Positions 9,883 to 19,049 are shown, counted from the stretch's first letter. The stretch is 64,000 nucleotides of DNA from Actinomycetes bacterium (GCA_036001885.1 DASYTV010000295.1:3982-67981); one strand, 5' to 3'. Program-made: numbers and translations. Notes: generated by a model not told the origin, from the letters alone.

Positions 9883-9907
9883 CCCACTGGTCTCACCGAC
9901 CTTGACA
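9883..9907. repeat. IS3 element right terminal inverted repeat
   Basis: Reverse complement matches 8366-8390. Confidence 0.75.
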
Positions 9908-10029
9908 AATTCCGCTGGCCCAGGGCGCGCCCGGACTACGGCGCGGCGCTCGTGTGCGCCCACACCCGTCGGTGTCACGCCCCATTGATACTCCCGTAGT
10001 CGGCTGCTCAGGTAGTTGTCAGACGTCGG

Positions 10030-10695
10030 TCACGCGGAGACCGGAGTGACCTTGCAACGCCGGTAGATGCTGATCAGACTCGCTGTGAGCGCCTCGACCT
10101 GGCCGGCGTTGCACAGGCGCCCGCCGTACCGCCCCCGTAGGCCAGGAATGGCGTTGGCCAGCGATTGGACCAAGTCGGTCGCGTGACGGTCCTCACCGAG
10201 CACCAGCACGTCGGTGGCCATCGACTTGATCGTCGGGTCCTCCAGGCGGGCGGCGCTAACGTGGTGGAACGCGGCGACGACGCGACTCCGTGGCAGGATC
10301 GCAGCAGCCTGCTCGGCGGCTGATCCCTCCTCGACGTGCAGCGCGTAGGCACCGCGCTTGTCGAACCCGAGGGGGTTCACGCAGTCGACCACGATCTTGC
10401 CCGCAAGTGCATCCGCGAGTTTCTCGAGCAGTTCGCCGTGCCCTTCCCAGGGGACGGCGACGATGACAATGTCGCCGGCGCGAGCGGCGCCTTCGTTGGC
10501 GGCTGCTGAGACCTGCCCTCCAGTCGCCCGGGCAAGGGCGATGGCGGTCTGCTCGGCTCGCTCCTGGCTCCGGCTTCCGATGACCACCGGGATCGCCGCC
10601 TCGGCGAAGCGGCGCGCGAGCCCACGGCCTTGCCGTCCGGTGCCGCCGAGGATCGAGACGGTCAGGTTGTCGAGGGATTTATCCACACCAATCAT
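10030..10695 (-). CDS. npdG: NADPH-dependent F420 reductase
   Basis: LSILGGTGRQGRGLARR dinucleotide fold and overall similarity to the F420:NADP oxidoreductase family. Confidence 0.8.
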   Translation of the reverse strand: MIGVDKSLDNLTVSILGGTGRQGRGLARRFAEAAIPVVIGSRSQERAEQTAIALARATGGQVSAAANEGAARAGDIVIVAVPWEGHGELLEKLADALAGKIVVDCVNPLGFDKRGAYALHVEEGSAAEQAAAILPRSRVVAAFHHVSAARLEDPTIKSMATDVLVLGEDRHATDLVQSLANAIPGLRGRYGGRLCNAGQVEALTASLISIYRRCKVTPVSA

Positions 10696-10742
10696 GTGGC
10701 ATCCTCCGTCATTCGTTCACTCCCACTGCGCTGGGTCGACAA

Positions 10743-10758
10743 GAATGTGCGCACATTC
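10743..10758. promoter_or_regulatory. Perfect 16-bp palindrome GAATGTGCGCACATTC upstream of npdG, at the 3' end of the SDR gene
   Basis: Self-complementary as read. No downstream T-run, so operator-like rather than an intrinsic terminator. Confidence 0.4.
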
Positions 10759-11566
10759 ATTCCGGTTTCTGTAAGGCAAGAATGTCGGCCAGGTAAGGCT
10801 GATGGCTGCCTGCTCCTCCATCCACATTGATGATCTGACCGTTGATGAAACCAGCATCGGGTGAACACAAGTAGACCAGCATCGAAGCTATGTCGGCGGG
10901 CAAACCAAGTCTCGGGGTGAGATGGTGGCGCAGCATCATCTCCCCGTTCGGCCCCGCGTAATTGCCCGCCGATGCGGGGGTGACGATCAGGCCGGGTGCG
11001 ATCGCATTGCACCGAACCCCGGCCTTTCCGTACTGGGCAGCGGTATACACCGTAAGGGCATTGATCGCCGCTTTGGAGACCGCGTAGGCGGTGTGGCCTA
11101 AATCGCCGCCCAGGCTTGCACCCGAGGAGGTGTTCACGATGCTTCCCCCGCCGGCCGAAATGAGATGCGGCAACGCGAACTTGGTGGCGAGCATCGTACC
11201 GGTGAGGTTTATCCGCATTGTCGAGTCCCAAACCTCGGGGTCCATGTCCGCGACATTCAGGTCACGTGTCGCCGCGAGGTGGGTAGCGGCGGCATTATTG
11301 TGCAAGATGTTCAACCGGCCGAACTCTTCCACCGTTTGCTGGACAAGCGCCTGCACCGATGCCCGATCACCCATGTCGACCTGGACGATGTGTGCGCGAC
11401 CGCCGAGGTCGGTGATCTGATCGGAGACGCTCTTGGAGCCTTCGACGTCAAGGTCGGCGATCACTACCGACGCGCCCTCACGGGCCAGCGCCATGGCGCA
11501 CTCGCGGCCGATGCCTGAGGCAGAGCCGGTGACGATGGCAACCTTGGCTTCCAGGCGACGTCCCAT
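10757..11566 (-). CDS. SDR family oxidoreductase (3-oxoacyl-ACP reductase-like)
   Basis: VAIVTGSASGIGRE, NNAA, YAVSKAA motifs. Confidence 0.9.
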   Translation of the reverse strand: MGRRLEAKVAIVTGSASGIGRECAMALAREGASVVIADLDVEGSKSVSDQITDLGGRAHIVQVDMGDRASVQALVQQTVEEFGRLNILHNNAAATHLAATRDLNVADMDPEVWDSTMRINLTGTMLATKFALPHLISAGGGSIVNTSSGASLGGDLGHTAYAVSKAAINALTVYTAAQYGKAGVRCNAIAPGLIVTPASAGNYAGPNGEMMLRHHLTPRLGLPADIASMLVYLCSPDAGFINGQIINVDGGAGSHQPYLADILALQKPE

Positions 11567-11787
11567 CGTTCCTCCGTATTCGTTTCGTGTCGTGGGTTGC
11601 TGTGGTGGGGCCGAAGGGTCTCAACGTCACGGACACCGCCCGGGAGCGGCCAGCACGCCTCGGTCGGGGGCGCCAGTCGGTGGGTCCATCCCTGGGTCGA
11701 GCAAGCGTGATCCACGGCGCAGGACGGCGAGGGCCGCCGTGGGGGCGCGCCGTCGAGCCGGCCTGACCACTTTACGAGGTACCACCA

Positions 11788-11822
11788 TAGCGTCTACCAT
11801 ACGCTAAATCATCTGTATGATT
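11788..11822. promoter_or_regulatory. Two adjacent inverted repeats in the SDR/LLM divergent promoter region: TAGCGT-N7-ACGCTA and AATCAT-ctgt-ATGATT
   Basis: Read directly. The second carries the AATCA/TGATT half-sites recurring across the island. Confidence 0.4.
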
Positions 11823-11955
11823 GAGCGGATCACCAGAGACAAAGGGGGGTTCGGACGCCTGACCGGGGTGGGCTGGCGGGATGCTGCGGCGGTGCCTGCC
11901 GGTGCGCGTCAGCCACGTCGTCGACGGCACTTATCCATCGAGAGGCATTAGGGCA

Positions 11956-12948
11956 ATGCGCGTTGGACTCTACTTCGATCTACGGAATCCGCACCGTTGG
12001 CGGCAGGACCCCGCCCGATTGCACGCGTTCACCTTGGAGCTGTGCGAGGAGGCCGACCGACTTGGCATCCACTCGCTGTGGTTCACCGAGCACCACAAGT
12101 TCGACGACGGCTACCTCAGCCAGCCGCTCACCTTCGCGGCAGCGGTTGCCGCGCGGACCAGCCGTGCCCGGATAGGGACCGCGGTCTTGGTGGCGCCGCT
12201 CCATCACCCGGCAAGGCTTGCCGAGGAAGCGGCGCTGGTCGACCTGATCTCAAACGGCCGGCTCGAGATCGGGCTGGGCGCCGGCTATCGCAAGCCGGAG
12301 TACGAGCTCTACGGCGCCTCGATGGACGGGCGGTACGGGCAGACGGATGCCCAGATCCGGACGCTGCGATCGTTGTGGGGCGATGGCGGGGTGACCCCTC
12401 AGCCGGTGCAGCATCCCATACCGCTGTGGCTGGGCTACCTCGGACCGCAAGGAGCGGGACGCGCCGGTCGTCTCGGCACCGGTCTGCTGACCGCGAACGC
12501 CGCGATGTGGATCTATTACCGCGAGGCGCTGGTCAGCGCCGGCCACGACCCATCCGACGGACGGATGGCTGGCGGCATCCAGGGCTGGGTCTCAAACGAT
12601 CCCGAACGCGACTGGGTCTGGGTATCCGAGCATCTCGAGTACCAGCTCAACTCCTACCGCAGACACATGGTTGAAGGGACCGGCCAGCCGATCCCCCGGC
12701 CCGTGGACGTGGACAAGGTGCGGAGCCGGCAGCCACGCGCCAGCACCGACTATTTCTTCCTCGAGACCCCGGACCGGATGGCAGACCGAGTCCGGGCCTA
12801 CACAGCCGGCGCGCCGGTCGAGACCGTCTTCTTCTGGGCGTCTCTGGCCGGCATGTCAGAGGAACGAGCCGCCGAACACATCCAGCTGGTGTGCAACAAG
12901 CTCGCACCGCAGCTAGCTGGGCAGAGTGTCCAACCTGAGGAGAGCTAG
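11956..12948 (+). CDS. LLM-class (luciferase-like) flavin/F420-dependent oxidoreductase
   Basis: MRVGLYFD.., ..LWFTEHH.., ..GRLEIGLGAGY.. hallmarks of the family. Start chosen at MRVGL. Confidence 0.85.
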   Translation: MRVGLYFDLRNPHRWRQDPARLHAFTLELCEEADRLGIHSLWFTEHHKFDDGYLSQPLTFAAAVAARTSRARIGTAVLVAPLHHPARLAEEAALVDLISNGRLEIGLGAGYRKPEYELYGASMDGRYGQTDAQIRTLRSLWGDGGVTPQPVQHPIPLWLGYLGPQGAGRAGRLGTGLLTANAAMWIYYREALVSAGHDPSDGRMAGGIQGWVSNDPERDWVWVSEHLEYQLNSYRRHMVEGTGQPIPRPVDVDKVRSRQPRASTDYFFLETPDRMADRVRAYTAGAPVETVFFWASLAGMSEERAAEHIQLVCNKLAPQLAGQSVQPEES

Positions 12949-13699
12949 CGTGACTGCGCGACTGGATGGGCGGGTGGCCCTGGTAACCGGAGCAGGCCAG
13001 GGCATCGGCCGTGGAACAGCCTTGGCGCTCGCGAAAGAGGGCGCCGCGGTGGGGATTGCCGGGCGCACGCTGTCGAAGTGTGAGGCCGTCGCTGCCGAGA
13101 TCCAGACCCTTGGCGGCAGGGCGCTGCCGATCGCGTGCGATGTGGGCGTGCGCGTGCAGGTTGATGCTGCGGTCGCGGCAACCGTAAGCGCTTTCGGTGG
13201 CCTCGACATCCTGGTGAACAACGCCCAGGCGTCCGGGCAGGCCGCGCTGGCGGACACGACCGACGAGGACGTCGATCTGGCCTGGCGCACCGGCCCGCTC
13301 GCGACGCTCTACGCGATGCAGTCCGCTCTTCCTTACCTGCGTGCCAACGGCGGCGGGACGGTCGTGAACTTCGGATCGAGCACAGCCATCGAGGGCAACG
13401 TCGCGTTTGGCGCCTACGCGATGGCCAAAGAGGCGATTCGGGGGCTCTCGCGGGTGGCCGCGCGTGAGTGGGGGCCGTTCGGCATCCGGGTAAACGTGAT
13501 CGTGCCCAATGCCCTGTCGCCGGCGTCGGAGGACTTTCGAGACGCGTATCCGGAACGGTTCGCGCGCATGGAAGCGCGGGTGCCGCTCGGTCGGGTGGGT
13601 GATCCGGAGAACGATATCGGCAGGGCGGTCGTGGCGCTGGCCGCCGACGACCTGACCTACCTGACCGGACAGACCCTGATGCTGACGGGGGGTGCGTGA
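12926..13699 (+). CDS. SDR family oxidoreductase
   Basis: VALVTGAGQGIGRG, NNAQ, YAMAKEA. A GTG at 12950 preceded by gaggag is a likely alternative start. Confidence 0.85.
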   Translation: MSNLRRASVTARLDGRVALVTGAGQGIGRGTALALAKEGAAVGIAGRTLSKCEAVAAEIQTLGGRALPIACDVGVRVQVDAAVAATVSAFGGLDILVNNAQASGQAALADTTDEDVDLAWRTGPLATLYAMQSALPYLRANGGGTVVNFGSSTAIEGNVAFGAYAMAKEAIRGLSRVAAREWGPFGIRVNVIVPNALSPASEDFRDAYPERFARMEARVPLGRVGDPENDIGRAVVALAADDLTYLTGQTLMLTGGA

Positions 13700-13713
13700 C
13701 GGTGGGCAGAACA

Positions 13714-14268
13714 ATGGCCGCGAGGATCGCGCGGCTCGAGGATCACCTGGAGATCCAGCAGCTGCCGATCCGTTACGCGATGGCGGTGGACGGTCGCGAT
13801 GTCGAAACCTGGCTCGCGCTGTTCGTCGCGGACATCGACCTGGGCCGTCACGGCCGGGGCCGACAGGCGCTTCGGGAGCTCATCGCACCTCAGCTCCGAT
13901 GGTTCTATCGGTCCATCCATCAGATCGTCGGTCATCGGGTGGAGCTGCTCGGGCCTGACATGGCCCGCGGGCACGTGTACTGCCGAGCCGAACACGAGGT
14001 CGGTGACAGGTGGATCGTCATGGCGATCCGGTACGACGACGAGTATCGGAAGGTGGACGGCCAGTGGCTGTTCTCGCGGCGACGAGAGCGGCACTGGTAC
14101 GCGGCCGACGTGAACGAACGCCCACAGGCGGTAGCCTTCGACAGTTGGGGCACCACTCCCGGAGGACCCGCGCTTCCACAGATCGCTGGAACGTGGGATG
14201 GCTTCTGGGCGGGGCATGACCCAAGCGACGTGACGTCGCAGCCTGCCCGGAAGGCGGCGAAAACGTGA
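13714..14268 (+). CDS. NTF2-like / SnoaL-like domain protein
   Basis: ..ARLEDHLEIQQLPIRYAMAVDGRDVETWLALF.. is typical of the family. Overlaps neighbours by 4 nt on both sides. Confidence 0.7.
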   Translation: MAARIARLEDHLEIQQLPIRYAMAVDGRDVETWLALFVADIDLGRHGRGRQALRELIAPQLRWFYRSIHQIVGHRVELLGPDMARGHVYCRAEHEVGDRWIVMAIRYDDEYRKVDGQWLFSRRRERHWYAADVNERPQAVAFDSWGTTPGGPALPQIAGTWDGFWAGHDPSDVTSQPARKAAKT

Positions 14269-15428
14269 GAGCCGGGCTGGTGCCTCCGATGGTCACGCTC
14301 TCTCCGCACAGCGAGGCTCTGCGCGACGAGGTGCGCTCCTTCCTGGCCGACGAGCGCGCCGCCGGTGCATTCGTTCCACGAGTGGACTCCTGGATATCGG
14401 GATGGGACGAGCAGTTCAGCCGTAGGCTGGCCGATCGTAGGTGGCTCGGCATGACCATCCCGACGGAGTACGGCGGACACGGCCGGTCGTATCTGGACCG
14501 GTACGTCGTGACTGAGGAGCTGCTCGCGGCCGGCGCGCCGGTAGCGGCGCACTGGGTAGCGGACCGTCAGGTGGGGCCCTCGTTGATGAGGTACGGCACT
14601 GACGAACAACGGCGGCGCTACCTCCCCGGGATCGCCCGCGGCGAGATCTTCTTCGCCATCGGCATGAGCGAGCCGGAGGCGGGGTCGGACCTGGCCAACG
14701 TTCAGACTCGGGCCGTCAAGGTGGCGGGTGGCTGGAAACTGAGCGGTACGAAGGTGTGGACTTCCGGCGCCCATCACGCGAGAGCATGCTTCGTCCTCGC
14801 GCGCAGCGAACCGTTGGACGCCGCTCACCGCCATGCCGGGCTGAGCCAGTTCATCGTCGAGCTCGACTCGCCGGGCATTGACATCCGACCGATCAAGCTG
14901 TTGACGGGGCAACACCACTTCAACGAGGTCCTGCTGGAGAGCGTCTTCGTTCCGGATGCGCTCGTCCTGGGCCGGGCCGGCGACGGGTGGGCGCAGGTAA
15001 CCTCAGAGCTGGCCATCGAGCGAAGCGGTCCGGAGCGCATCCTGTCGACCTTCCCGCTCCTGGTCTCGTATCTCGTGGAGCTCGAGCGGAAGGCCGACGT
15101 CGACGTCGAGGACACGGGCGTGGTCGGCGCTCTGTTGGCCCGAATCCTCACGTTACGCCAGCTGTCACTGTCGATCGCGGGCTCGCTTGCGGACGGCAAA
15201 CCGGTAGACCTCCCCGCGGCGACGGTCAAGAACCTCGGCACGCGGTTCGAAGGGAAGCTCGTCGAGCTCATTGCGAGCCATGCGGACACCGCCCCGGATC
15301 CGGATGCCCCTGATCCGTTCGCGCACATGCTTGCTGAGGGCCTTCTCCATGCCCCCGGTTTCACCTTGCGCGGCGGAACGTCGGAGATCCTGCGCACCGT
15401 GATGGCACGAGGATGGGGGCTTCGGTGA
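14265..15428 (+). CDS. Acyl-CoA dehydrogenase family protein (alpha/beta pair, first subunit)
   Basis: ..GMSEPEAGSDLANVQTRA..W.LSGTKVWTSGA.. are ACAD middle-domain motifs. Overlaps the next ACAD by 16 nt. Confidence 0.9.
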   Translation: MRAGLVPPMVTLSPHSEALRDEVRSFLADERAAGAFVPRVDSWISGWDEQFSRRLADRRWLGMTIPTEYGGHGRSYLDRYVVTEELLAAGAPVAAHWVADRQVGPSLMRYGTDEQRRRYLPGIARGEIFFAIGMSEPEAGSDLANVQTRAVKVAGGWKLSGTKVWTSGAHHARACFVLARSEPLDAAHRHAGLSQFIVELDSPGIDIRPIKLLTGQHHFNEVLLESVFVPDALVLGRAGDGWAQVTSELAIERSGPERILSTFPLLVSYLVELERKADVDVEDTGVVGALLARILTLRQLSLSIAGSLADGKPVDLPAATVKNLGTRFEGKLVELIASHADTAPDPDAPDPFAHMLAEGLLHAPGFTLRGGTSEILRTVMARGWGLR

Positions 15429-16567
15429 ACGCGAGTGTCACGGTGCCCGCACTGCCGAGCGAGGCAGACCTCGATGAGCTGCGCGCGCTCGCACGTTCCA
15501 TCTTCTCCAGATCCGCCGCCGAGACTTTGAACATACAGAGAACGGCGACTCCCTTCGACGACTCGCTCTGGCAGACGCTCGCCGCGTCCGGACTCACTCT
15601 GCTGAGTACACCGGAGTCGGCGGGCGGCAGCGGGGCGGGTATCGCCGAGACTGCGGCCGTGCTCACAGTGGGGGCGGCGCACGCCGCACCTGTCCCGATC
15701 GCGGAGACCGACCTCCTGGCCGCTTGGTTGTTGGTCGTCGCTGGCCTGGACGTTCCGTCTGGGCCGTTGACCTCAGGCGCGGGGGAGGTCTCGATCTCGG
15801 ACGGCCCGGCCGGCAGCCTGGTCGTGTCCGGGACGTTGGAGCGGGTGCCATGGGGCCGGGCAACGGAGGCCATCGTCGTGCTCGGCAGCACCGGCGAACG
15901 TGATGTCGTCTTCGTCGTGCCGTCGGGCCGCTGCAGCATCACGGCTGGCCACAATCTTGCGCACGAACCGCGTGATTCCGTCCGGTTCGAGATCGACCTC
16001 TCCTCGCACCACATCGTCTCGGTGGGCGGGGCCGTCCGCGCCGAGTGGGTTCTTCGAGGTGCCCTGGCCCGCGCGGCCCAGACGTGCGGGGCATTGGAGA
16101 GGGCGCTCGCGTTGAGCGTGGACCACGCGTCTTCGCGGATCCAGTTCGGGCGCCCGCTCGGCAGGTTCCAAGCCGTCCAGCACCTGATTGCGGAGGCGGC
16201 CGGCGAGGTGACCATCGCGCGCGCCGCACTGGATGTCGCGATCAGGACGGTGGCACAGCGAGGGTTTGCCAACCCAAATGCGGAGCTCGCCGTCGCCGTC
16301 GCCAAGGCGCAGGCCGCGGCCGCTGCGGTTGTGGTCAGCAGGGCAGCTCATCAGGTGCACGGCGCCATCGGGTTCACGCTGGACCACCAGTTGCGGCACT
16401 TCACCCTGCGGGCGCTCGCCTGGCGAGGTGAGTTCGGCGACGAGCGTTCATGGCAGCGTCGGATCGGGCAGATCGCGCTCGACGCGGGTGGGGAAGGCAT
16501 CTGGAACCTGATCACATCAGGACTGCCGGACGCACAGTCATGTCCGTCGCATCCTGAGACGGGTTGA
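15413..16567 (+). CDS. Acyl-CoA dehydrogenase family protein (second subunit of pair)
   Basis: ACAD fold with the C-terminal ..FQAVQHLIAEAA..AKAQAAAAA..HQVHGAIGFT... Confidence 0.85.
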   Translation: MGASVNASVTVPALPSEADLDELRALARSIFSRSAAETLNIQRTATPFDDSLWQTLAASGLTLLSTPESAGGSGAGIAETAAVLTVGAAHAAPVPIAETDLLAAWLLVVAGLDVPSGPLTSGAGEVSISDGPAGSLVVSGTLERVPWGRATEAIVVLGSTGERDVVFVVPSGRCSITAGHNLAHEPRDSVRFEIDLSSHHIVSVGGAVRAEWVLRGALARAAQTCGALERALALSVDHASSRIQFGRPLGRFQAVQHLIAEAAGEVTIARAALDVAIRTVAQRGFANPNAELAVAVAKAQAAAAAVVVSRAAHQVHGAIGFTLDHQLRHFTLRALAWRGEFGDERSWQRRIGQIALDAGGEGIWNLITSGLPDAQSCPSHPETG

Positions 16568-16585
16568 CCGGCGCGGTCAGTGTTG

Positions 16586-16616
16586 TTATAAACAGTTAAC
16601 TGATTCATCTGATTGT
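16586..16616. promoter_or_regulatory. AT-rich operator-like site TTATAAACAGTTAACTGATTCATCTGATTG; core CAGTTAACTG is a perfect palindrome, followed by two TGATT half-sites
   Basis: Lies 17-47 nt upstream of the GTG start of the DUF35-thiolase-SDR-ABC operon. Confidence 0.45.
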
Positions 16617-16632
16617 ACCGTCGCCGAGGAGG

Positions 16633-17103
16633 GTGGCTGTGACGAACGCCGTGCGGATCCCGGTCGCAGAGGGTCTCTTCACCTGGCCAGACGAGCGCCC
16701 TCGGCTGATCGGGTCACGCCATCCGCAGACGGGTGCCGTCAGCTTCCCGGCCGCGGAGCCGGGAGCCGGCGAGGAGCAAGTGCTGCTCTCACCGGTCGGG
16801 ACGCTGTTCACCTGGACGACGCAACAGTTCGTCCCGCCCTCGCCGCCCTACGCCGGAGACACGGATGCCGAGTCGTTCCAGCCTTACGCCGTCGGCTACG
16901 TGGAACTCGCGGAGGGAATCCTCGTCGAGGCCCTTCTGACCGAGTCGAATCCGCAACGGCTCACCATCGGACAGGAGATGGAGCTCGTGGTCATTCCGTT
17001 TCGACTCACATCCGGCACAGACGGCGCTCCCGAGCGCGAGATCATGACGTTCGCCTTCTCGCCGGTCGCCAGCGCCGCACCCGCCGAGACGGCGACACCA
17101 TGA
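16633..17103 (+). CDS. Zn-ribbon/OB-fold protein (DUF35 family), partner of the thiolase-like protein
   Basis: Size, ..FVPPSPPYAGD.. and ..YAVGYVELAEGILVEALL.. OB-fold segments fit the family. A 4-nt overlap couples it to the next gene. Confidence 0.8.
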   Translation: MAVTNAVRIPVAEGLFTWPDERPRLIGSRHPQTGAVSFPAAEPGAGEEQVLLSPVGTLFTWTTQQFVPPSPPYAGDTDAESFQPYAVGYVELAEGILVEALLTESNPQRLTIGQEMELVVIPFRLTSGTDGAPEREIMTFAFSPVASAAPAETATP

Positions 17104-18245
17104 GCCGGGTCTCGATCATCGGTGTCGGGCTGCATTCCTTCGGGCGGTTCGGTGCCAAGCAGGCGATCGACATGGGCGCCGAGGCCACGCGTCTCGCGTT
17201 GGCCGATGCCGGCGTCACCTGGGACCAGGTACAGCGTGGTTACGCCGGAAGCCTCGAAGTGTCGAATCCTGACGCCGTGGTCGGGAAGCTCGGGTTGACG
17301 GGAATCCCGTTCTTCGGTGTCTTCAATGGATGCGCTACGGCGAACACGGCGGTCACGATGGCGGCCGAGGCAATCGAGCACGGCGACGCTGACATCGCGG
17401 TCGCGGTGGGCTTCGACAAGCACCCCAGAGGCGCGTTCGCCGGCGACCCGTCGGTTCTTGGCCTGCCCTCCTGGTATGGCGCGACAGGACTGTTCCTGAC
17501 CACGCATTTCTTCGGCATGAAGATCAACCGGTACATGGCGATGCACGGCATCTCACGCGAGACCCTGGCCAAGGTTGCGGCGAAGAACTTCCGCAACGGC
17601 GCGAGGAACGACAAGGCTTGGCGGCGCACACCGATGAGCGAGGAGGAGATCCTCGCGGCGCCGTACCTCAACTATCCGCTCACGAAGTTCATGTATTGCG
17701 CGCCGAACGAGGGTGCCGGCGCGGTCGTCCTCTGTCGACGCGATCTGGCCTCTCGATACTCCGACAGCCCGATCCACCTCGCCGCCTGGGCGCTGCGCAC
17801 GAGGCGACACGGTGCCTTCGAAGTGCAGAGCCCGTCGTTGCCTGCCGCCGGTACGCCGAGCCCGACGGTCGACGCGGCGAGGGCGGCATTCGAAACGGCC
17901 GGAATAGGGCCGGACGACGTCCAAGTCGCGCAGCTGCAAGACACCGATGCCGGTTCCGAGGTCATCCACATGGCCGAGAACGGCTTCTGTACCGACGGCG
18001 AGCAGGAGAAGCTGGTCGCCGAAGGGCACACGGAGATCACCGGGAAGCTTCCTGTCAACACTGACGGTGGACTGATGGCCAACGGTGAACCCATCGGTGC
18101 CTCCGGTCTCCGGCAGATCCATGAGGTCGTCCTCCAGCTCCGTGGGCGCGCAGGGACCCGGCAGATCCCTGGCCCGTCCAAGGTGGGCTACACCCACCTC
18201 TACGGAGCCCCCGGAACCGGCGCCGTCACGATTCTCACCACCTGA
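17100..18245 (+). CDS. Thiolase-like protein, SCP-x/lipid-transfer-protein type (Ltp2-like)
   Basis: MSRVSIIGVGLHSFGRF.., ..GVFNGCATANTAV.., C-terminal ..NTDGGLMANGEPIGASGLRQ.. are thiolase-superfamily hallmarks. Confidence 0.85.
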   Translation: MSRVSIIGVGLHSFGRFGAKQAIDMGAEATRLALADAGVTWDQVQRGYAGSLEVSNPDAVVGKLGLTGIPFFGVFNGCATANTAVTMAAEAIEHGDADIAVAVGFDKHPRGAFAGDPSVLGLPSWYGATGLFLTTHFFGMKINRYMAMHGISRETLAKVAAKNFRNGARNDKAWRRTPMSEEEILAAPYLNYPLTKFMYCAPNEGAGAVVLCRRDLASRYSDSPIHLAAWALRTRRHGAFEVQSPSLPAAGTPSPTVDAARAAFETAGIGPDDVQVAQLQDTDAGSEVIHMAENGFCTDGEQEKLVAEGHTEITGKLPVNTDGGLMANGEPIGASGLRQIHEVVLQLRGRAGTRQIPGPSKVGYTHLYGAPGTGAVTILTT

Positions 18246-18247
18246 GC

Positions 18248-18991
18248 ATGGCCGTGGTACCGAAGGCCCAGGACGCTTCGAGGGACGGTTTGGTCATCCG
18301 GGCCACAGCGTTGGTGACCGGCGGCACGGGCGGCCTCGGCTCTGCTGTCACGCAGCGGTTGCTCCAAGCCGGCTGGCGGGTGGTGGTTCCGTGGATCGTG
18401 GAATCGGAGCTGGCGCGCCTTCCGTCCACCCACCCACGACTCGAGCTGGTGGAGGCCGATCTCTTCGACCCGGACGGCGCCGCCGATGTCGTCGGCGTGG
18501 CGGCGGGCGATCCAGACACGCCGCTGACGGCGGTAGCCAACCTGGTCGGCGGCTTCGCGATGGGCCGGCGGGTGCACGAGAGCCCGATCGACGAGTTCGA
18601 GCACCTGATGCGACTGAACCTGCGACCGACATACCTGACCACCCAGGCAGCATTACCGCATCTGATGAAGATCGGACGAGGCTCGATAGTCGCCGTCTCC
18701 GCCAAGTCGGCCTTTGCGCCCTTCCCCGGCGCGGCTGGTTACCTCACCGCGAAGGCCGCAGTCTGGGCACTCGTTCAAAGCCTGGCAGCCGAGTACAAGG
18801 ACGACGGGATTCGGGTCAACGCGATCCTCCCGTCCGTGATCGACACACCCGGCAATCGAGCGAGTCAACCCGCCTCCAGCCGGGCCGGCTGGGTCTCGCC
18901 GGCAACCATCGCGGACGTCGTGGCGTTCCTGTTCAGCGACGAGGCTGCCGCCGTCACCGGCGCGCAGATCCCAGTCCCTGGCGTCGGATAG
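18248..18991 (+). CDS. SDR family oxidoreductase
   Basis: ALVTGGTGGLGSAV Rossmann motif and YLTAKAA catalytic dyad. Confidence 0.8.
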   Translation: MAVVPKAQDASRDGLVIRATALVTGGTGGLGSAVTQRLLQAGWRVVVPWIVESELARLPSTHPRLELVEADLFDPDGAADVVGVAAGDPDTPLTAVANLVGGFAMGRRVHESPIDEFEHLMRLNLRPTYLTTQAALPHLMKIGRGSIVAVSAKSAFAPFPGAAGYLTAKAAVWALVQSLAAEYKDDGIRVNAILPSVIDTPGNRASQPASSRAGWVSPATIADVVAFLFSDEAAAVTGAQIPVPGVG

Positions 18992-19049
18992 CCGACGCCG
19001 GCACGCACCGTCAAGAGAAGCAATGGCGCCGCCGTCTAGACACTATCAG

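Larger units (their letters stand above)
8366..9907 (+). mobile_element. IS3-family insertion sequence (about 1.54 kb) with imperfect 25-bp terminal inverted repeats; OrfB frameshifted
   Basis: Left end TGTCAGGGTTGGGTGAGACCAGCGG (8366-8390) pairs with the reverse complement of the right end TGTCAAGGTCGGTGAGACCAGTGGG (9883-9907). OrfA (HTH) and an integrase-core OrfB lie inside. Confidence 0.8.

Noticed and set aside
11956-12948. Luciferase-like monooxygenase as a luxAB partner for the LuxC/LuxE pair
   Set aside because: It is 15 kb away and in a separate operon next to an F420 reductase, with no lux-operon organisation. It is more likely an F420/FMN-dependent oxidoreductase.
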